Assembly (NCBI GenBank): GCA_000934665.2
Contig: JYFJ02003360.1
Location: forward strand, 1 to 43,010
Direction: 5' to 3'
Length of the DNA stretch: 43,010 nucleotides
Source of the DNA: Catajapyx aquilonaris
Lineage: Eukaryota
Shown here: positions 36,119 through 43,010 of the stretch, one piece after another
Layout: every line of letters begins with the position of its first letter
How positions within the stretch are numbered: position 1 is the stretch's first letter
The notes under the pieces: generated by a model
Database searches by the model: none
Told to the model about the DNA's origin: nothing
The model's input: only the letters and a program-made list of their open reading frames with translations
Made by a program: the position numbers and the translations under genes

Positions 36119-38357
36119 GCACAGACTCAAGCCAATTCAATAATATGATAGTTTCTACGATAAAAAAATCTATCACGTAGCTACCCGGTATGCAGGAGAA
36201 ACATTTTCTGAACAACTTGAACAATTTCTAGAAGAAACAGATGTACTGTACTGTACGTACTAATAATGTGACGTTAAATAGGTCCCCAGGAATGGTTATT
36301 ATACTGTCAGTGCACATTGCCAACTGGACTTGACCAACGAAATGCACATTAATAGTGAATATTATAGAAATATTAATGATGTGTGCGTATACAGAGAGGA
36401 TGGTTGTTATGATTTATAATGCATATTCTGAGCCTAATGAAGCAACAATGCATATTTTACTGCTTTTTAAAGGTAATTAATGCATTAATGCAATCACGCA
36501 CTATGTATAGGGAATTACCTCCTGGCATGGGATAAAATACACGGTGTTAATTTGAAATGTCCGTTCTAGTTATCAATTTTCCGCACTGAAACTGCTAATT
36601 ACTTAGCACTTAACCGCCAGATATTCGTGATTGCTATCAGAACTATTTTCTAATTTACTGCAAATTGGTCTAGGCAAATTACTCGTTGCCAATAATATCA
36701 CTATTTACAAGTTTCTGTCCACATTCTCTAGAAGGCTGTAGCTCCTTAGGTGTAATTTTTTCCAACAAAATACAAGATGACTTTTTGATTCAGAATTGTG
36801 TCTTGCCTCTGTGGATTGCGGTGATATAAAGTTAATACTTTATAATCGCTGACTCAGGCTGCTGAATATTTGTAACACACTGTATACATTTATTCCCCAC
36901 GGTTATGGGTTGAATGGCACAGCTGTCTGAGGTATCAGGTATAGGAAATCCCTCTTAGGTTACAGTATATATAGTTGAGAGGATTTCTTTATCTGTGCAG
37001 TACACCCTGTCAGGTACTTTGTATTTCACTGGAACCGGTTTTTCATGCCCCGCTGCGGTTGTGTGTGCCCGGATAGGCAATGGAACAGGCCCGCAGGCGA
37101 CTCTCAGATAATGCAATTTAAATACGTGCCTGGGGAGCCCACATTATTAAACGGCAACAGGCAAAAACTTTGTCATTCTTTTTATCGCAAAAGCTTGGGA
37201 GTCCACATTCAATTTTAGTGTGCGCCGAGTCGAATTTCCTTTATCATTCCGGATTCCCAGGTAAGATTCGGGGATCCCATGAGGTATATATAGGGTCCAG
37301 CCAGATCGGGATGCGAGTCCGGACTCTATCGCTCAGCATCCCCAATCAAGCGGGTGGGGGTTTCTGGGGATCGGATTATCCAAGTGCGGAGGACCAAGTG
37401 GCGGCAGCAAATCCAATCGGGACGGAAGACTCCTCTGCAAGCCGAGTAGGAGAAGAGTAGAGCATAGTATAGGGGGGGTTGGATGGGTAGGGACCCACCC
37501 AACTGATTCAGACCCACCCAATGGGTCTCGTGGGGAGGACAGTTCACTAACTCTTAAGAGGAAACTCGAACAGTCTTTCCCTCACTTCCGAGTATCCTTA
37601 GAGGGTTTTTCTAGATGTTAATTAAAAGCTGTCTGTAAAAGCATATTTTCCTACACAGCACGCTGTACAATGTACATGCATCATACGCTAAGAAAATGCT
37701 GTTCATATAAAACAAGTTTGAAATCATTCTGAAATTATACACACCTGGATAAAGGGGAGCCCCCGATTTTTAATATTTTAATTTTCCTGCGCCATTTGAA
37801 TATCGGAAAACTTCCGAATATTGCGCATCATTTGCTTTTGACGGAATATTATCCGGGTAAAAATGCGAGAGAGAGGAAAAATATGTACCGGTGCGATTGT
37901 CAAAAGCCCTTTGTGCTTCGGTTCAGTCAACGTAAGTCAGCCATACACCCCGCAGGCCATGAGCTTTTTTTGAAAAAAATAAATATATTCCATCCGACAT
38001 CATTAATATGGAACGCACGAACAGTCTTTGAAGCACGATTGCAAAAAGAAGCCCAAGTAATTATGCAACCGGTTTTTTTTTTTCTTCTTCAACCTCATAT
38101 TTCTGGCATGAAAAAATGAAGAAGAGAAGAAGCGGATATACTGAACGAAAAATTTTCTTTCCCTCCTCCCCCCCAGCCCACCTTTTCCGTCTTCACATCC
38201 TGGTCTAATAACATTCCTCCCCCAGGGCCACGAATAATCGCTCGCTTTACATAAAATGAGCATGAAAAGCAGGAAGCAGCATCAATAATGGGGCACTTCT
38301 TCATGTCGAATCCTCTCCCGACGTTGAAGAGATGCAGTTTTCCAAGCCTTTCCCTCG

Positions 38358-38426
38358 ACTACTACTCCTCCTCCTTTTTTTCTCTCATTCTTCTTTTTCT
38401 TCTTACTTCTTCTTCTTCTTCTTCCT
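38358..38426. repeat. Pyrimidine-rich low-complexity tract with (CTT)6
   Basis: CTA/CTC/CTT triplets; (CTT)6 at 38406-38423. Confidence 0.8.
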
Positions 38427-38728
38427 AAGGCAGGAAACTTCCGCCCGTTTATCAAGAACCTTCCAGTCACGTCTTGGGACCAAGAAGAGAAGGATAGTGG
38501 GGTTGGGTGGGTTGGGGGAAACCCTGAAGGCTTTGAACACAGGTCGAAATCAAAATCGTTATGAAGTCGCCCCCATGCTGAACCGAGTCTGAAAAGTTGT
38601 CCGAAAGTTTTGTTTTGTTTCGGGCTCTTTTGGATCTGGAGAGGTTATTAAGTTGTCAGTTTATGATGCGTGGTGCTGAGCAAAAGGTGCCGTCAGAACT
38701 CTACTAGCAACCTAATGTGTCAACAATA

Positions 38729-39234
38729 CAGGGTGTTCCAAATTCGTGGGTTGTTTTTAACTGATATCGCCCGATAGTAGCTATTTTTGTAGCTTGTTGT
38801 GCCCCTAACCAGGTGTCCATAACCATCAATACAGGGTGTTTCAACTTTTTTGTCCGAACAGTTATCGTAAAATTGGAAGTAGCTGCTACTTTGTAAGCAG
38901 TGACTTGCTAACGGTGATTTGTCGGAGGAATGGGGAATGGGGGAAAAAGAGTGTCACACATCCAATGGCATGTGTGACCCTCAATTTTCTGCGGGCAGCA
39001 CTTCAACCTACGATTCGCAGGGAATATTCCCCGTTCCTCCGAAAAATCACCGTTTGCCAGTAACTGCTTACAAAGTAGCAGCTACGTGCAATTTCCCGAT
39101 AACTGTTCGGACAAAAAAGTTGAGACACCCTGAGTAGCAATTTCTATAGAATGGGGCACCAAGCTACAACAACTAAATTCTATACTATCAGTATGTTACG
39201 TTTAAAAAACGACCCACGAATTTGGAACACCCTG
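38729..39234. mobile_element. Tc1/mariner-type MITE (family E), host of a nested family A copy
   Basis: TA-CAGGGTGTTCCAAATTCGTGGGT ... ACCCACGAATTTGGAACACCCTG-TA (23-bp perfect TIR), with weaker pairing further in (TTGTAGCTTG..GTGCCCC / GGGGCACCAAGCTACAA). Confidence 0.92.
38832..39132. mobile_element. Tc1/mariner-type MITE, family A copy 2 (301 bp, inverted relative to copy 1)
   Basis: About 105-bp TIRs CAGGGTGT...ACACCCTG. The interior TCAACCTACGATTCGCAGGGAATATTCCCC is the reverse complement of copy 1. Left flank TA, right flank AG. Confidence 0.95.
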
Positions 39235-42200
39235 TAGATGAAATTGCTGAGTGCGCACCCACATTCGCGCAGCTCCATTGTTCTGACAGCCACGTTGCCA
39301 GTGGTGCTACCCACTCCCGTAACCTTTGAGGTTTGTTCCAGAGCCTTGGCAGCGTAGCAAACCGTCGGCCATTTTCTTCGTAGCGTTGGAAATAATTGCA
39401 GCGCTTATTATACCACAGTTGACGTAGCGCCCGGGCCCACGGGCAGGATGACTGGGAGGGGATGTGCAAGGTGCAAGTGCAATCCTCAAACGGTACATTT
39501 TGTGAACTCCCCCGGGTGGATTAGTCTGAGGAGATTCCACCCGAAACGAAGCCAGAGACGACCAAACTCTGCCGCTTAACTCAATTTTGACGGGTTTTTT
39601 TGTGGGTTGACACATTATTGCAGTCGGTCTGCATAATTAAAGTGCATGTTGAGGCGTCTGCTTTATTGTTGGGGGGTATATCCTGGGTTTAACAGTCTTG
39701 GCTCGGATTTCCCTTCTGAATAGTCTATCAGTCCGGAGTGTCAATTTATCTCTTTCCGAGCCAGCTGCTCTTCGTGATTGCGGACAATCCCCCCCAACCC
39801 CTCTCCCAAATCAGACCCATGTTCATCTCCACTGTTGTAATGGCCTGCTGGCCTGTACGCTTAATTACAATAATGTTACCTCACAATGGGAGCACGCCCC
39901 TAATTAATATGTACTGTATGCATGCGATGTGTTCATGCAAAGGGGGGGTCGGGAACACACACAATATCAGGGCAGCAGCACGTGACGGGATTTAGGCGTG
40001 GTGCAAAACGACGTTACTATAGCCCAGGTGATATATTGGCCCTAGGGAAGAGCGCGGTTTGTCACGACCAAACATAAATATCAAAAACGAGAAAGAGAGC
40101 CGAGCAAAGGATTTAAGTTGCCTGCTTGATTCTTCAAGTTTTAAGTGATGTGTCGGAGAAAATGTTGGGATTCGTGTGTGGTGCGCGTAAAGCCCAGGGG
40201 GGTACCTGCTTTATATGTGGAAAAAAAAGGCGTTTGGAGCTGAGGTCTTATCTCTGCTGTTATGACGAGGGATTTACAAGGGGGAAGGGTGTTTATGCTC
40301 TGATTCATTTTGAAAAGAAGTCGAGGGAAAATCTGAATTTATTAGCCAAAAGCTGGCCGGAATCTAGGCTGGAAAAAAATCCGGATAATCTTTGCTCGGC
40401 GCAAAGTCCTTTAGTTACTAAATGTGTCGTAAAAGTCGACATATATGGATGTAGTTTCCATGTACTTTGCCTGTTTGCCAACTCCAGCATGTCTTAACTC
40501 TGTTGAAAAGCCGACACGGACTCCATTATACACTCGTACATATTTTTACAAAATTGTCCATCATGTTAGTCTAGATACAGCCACAAAATATAGTATGTAC
40601 GGTGAATCTGCAGGATGGCTTATTGCTACTGCAAAAATTATTTTACCACAAAGCGGTGGATATTTTCCGTAGATATTTATCATGAACTGAATTATGTAAA
40701 AAAAATAATTGAATGGACCGAGTAATAAGGCCCAAGACATGGTAGCAGTCCGGATTTTACGAAATAGGTATAAATAAATTTGTTATAATAAATTAGTCAA
40801 AACTGATGTACGGTAGTTAAAAGTTGAGGTGATATTTTATGGTGAATTGTCATAGCAAAAATGGAATCATGTAGACTTCATGTATAATAATTTTATACGA
40901 ATGAGGTCTCATGATCCATTTCATACCAGTGCACAAACAAATTGGAGAAAAAAATCTTCGGCTATGTATTGCCATTCACAATACATATAGCCGAATTTTT
41001 TTTCCGCCAATTTGTTTGCATACACTGGTGTGAATGGAAATTAAGGGAAAGTCCCCAATTATATCCAGCTATTCATAACATACAAAAGGCTGGTGTTAGG
41101 ATAATACTCCAAGGCCAGATATGTATATATACAGTGCATAAAAAAACCGTGCTCTTTGTCACCACCTTTTCCCGATCGCGCAAAAAAGGAGCACCATTGC
41201 TTTTTTTCCGCCTGTGTCCATTGTGTGCGCCTGAATCGAGTTTAATGTGTTTTTATAGCCGCATTGTGGCTCTGGAGGGAAGACTATATGAATCTGGAGG
41301 GGTGGGGGTATATATATACAGAAATGTGGGAGATGGATGAAAAAAGTGAATATTCTGCAATCTCAGTGCAATCGCTTTCTGTCTCGTTTCCTCTCCGTCC
41401 TGGCAGGCATGCAAGTTAGATTTCCATTTTTTCCGATCGATTCCTCTCACCTTAGGAGTAGAAATTGTTTCATCTTTCCGACGCGAAAAAGTTCCATGCT
41501 TTTAAAAAAAATCGGAACAAAAGTTGCAATTTGAAATTTTCCACACTTTTGTTAAACCATCCGCCGTTTGTTTTAGTGGCCATAAGTGGCTAATGCCTGA
41601 CCATTTCAAAATGAGAACACTCTTTTCTCCTCAACGTGAACTTTCGTTTGTCTGTTACTTTGATGGTCGAGCTTTGCGTAAAAAACTTGTCCAAATGTAT
41701 AGCTAAATCTCTGTATACCTAACGGAATTGAAGAAAAAAAAATCATGCCATTAAAAATTATTCGTGTTTAGGTCAGAATATTTGCGATTTCCACCCCGTG
41801 CGATATGACGATAAACTGTGCAGACAAGCTGCACACCACTGCATTGCCAGGAAAGTGTTTTAGCCGTGAAAGTGACGGAAAAGTGGAAAATTTAATTACT
41901 CTCAATAATAAGCTGCAATGGATTTTCTCACGTTTCTGTCACCTTTCACGCCAAAAAGTGCGGCACACCAGCCTTTTAATGCACAAAATTAATATTTATT
42001 ACACAGGTCCAACTGAAGTGTAGTAAGTAGTAAGTAGTGGTGCTTATTACCCTACTTCTTGAAAATAAACTGATTGTTTTGGTTTGTATGGGCGCACAGT
42101 GGGCGCATTTTAATAAAAACGTCAGAAACTTGTAGTTTGCAAATATTAATAGTAGATTAAATTGTCCTCTGGTAGAATTTGATCACTTATTCACTATGTT

Positions 42201-43010
42201 TGAAGTNAACCCCCGGAAAAAGTGGCATAGCTTGAACCGTGGTTTCCAACCTCTCCTCTTGGGAAAGCAAGTAAAATACATCTCAAAGGAAGTATGAAAG
42301 AAAAAGAATGGAAAACGGAGGGGGACAAAAGAGTGCCATTTCCATTCACCAGGAAAAAAAAGAAAGTTGGGCTCGTTCAGCACTTACCACAAGAATGCGG
42401 TGACATCCCAGAAATCCTTCGCAAAAAAAAAATTCAGACTTTTCCTGGAAAGCGAAATTAGCAAGGCAGCTCTCTGGGCCCTCCCCCTTGAATTCTGCGG
42501 AGAAGCTTTTAATTTTGCATGACAATGGAGGGGTTCCTGTATTGAGGCTGCGTCGTATTTTTTGTTGTTGTTGTGTTCTGCACCCCGCCCACTTCCACCT
42601 CCTAATTTGCAAGGCCGTTTGAAGGAGGTCGGGCCAGGAAATTAGTTTTGGTCTTCTGGTACTCTGCAGGCGTCTTCTTTTTTTTTTGCAAGGAATAAAA
42701 AATTGGGTGAAAGGACCTCTCTTGACACGAGAGGTCATTGACTACCTTTTGCCTTGAAGGTGATGGGGACTAGGGGGGGAGATGCCTTTGATCTTGAAAT
42801 GTAAAGGTGAGATGCTCGTCTCATCCTCATCCATGATGAAGTGCACCTTTTCCCGACACCCTCCGTTTCCCATCAGGACTGTCGCTTTTACTGTTGACCT
42901 TCAAGCCGACAAACAGACTTTGAAATCTAAAGACATGTACTTAAATTTTTCTGAGATCTTTACAGGAGGTGGAAAAGGTGCTTCAATCGACTCATTATTT
43001 ACTATCAGCG

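Overview
Eukaryotic (probably invertebrate animal; species not identifiable) genomic DNA that is almost entirely non-coding. There are no operons, long ORFs, rRNA/tRNA genes or CRISPR arrays. The only convincing coding feature is one spliced + strand exon (31821-31966, ATG at 31837) encoding a short basic tail plus a transmembrane helix, typical of a type II Golgi membrane protein such as a glycosyltransferase. The rest looks like its very large introns and upstream region. The window is rich in non-autonomous TA-targeting (Tc1/mariner/pogo-type) MITEs. These include two nested insertions, a head-to-tail cluster of four elements, a 49-bp minimal element, a repeat family carrying CTCF-like and AP-1-like motifs, and an apparent excess of TACTGTA/TACAGTA excision-footprint words. 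I found no evidence for a new protein-coding system; the findings concern transposon architecture and possible splicing or regulatory signals. All alignments and counts were done by eye. Isolated Ns (6277, 7254, 30855, 35649, 42207) and long homopolymers suggest imperfect consensus quality.
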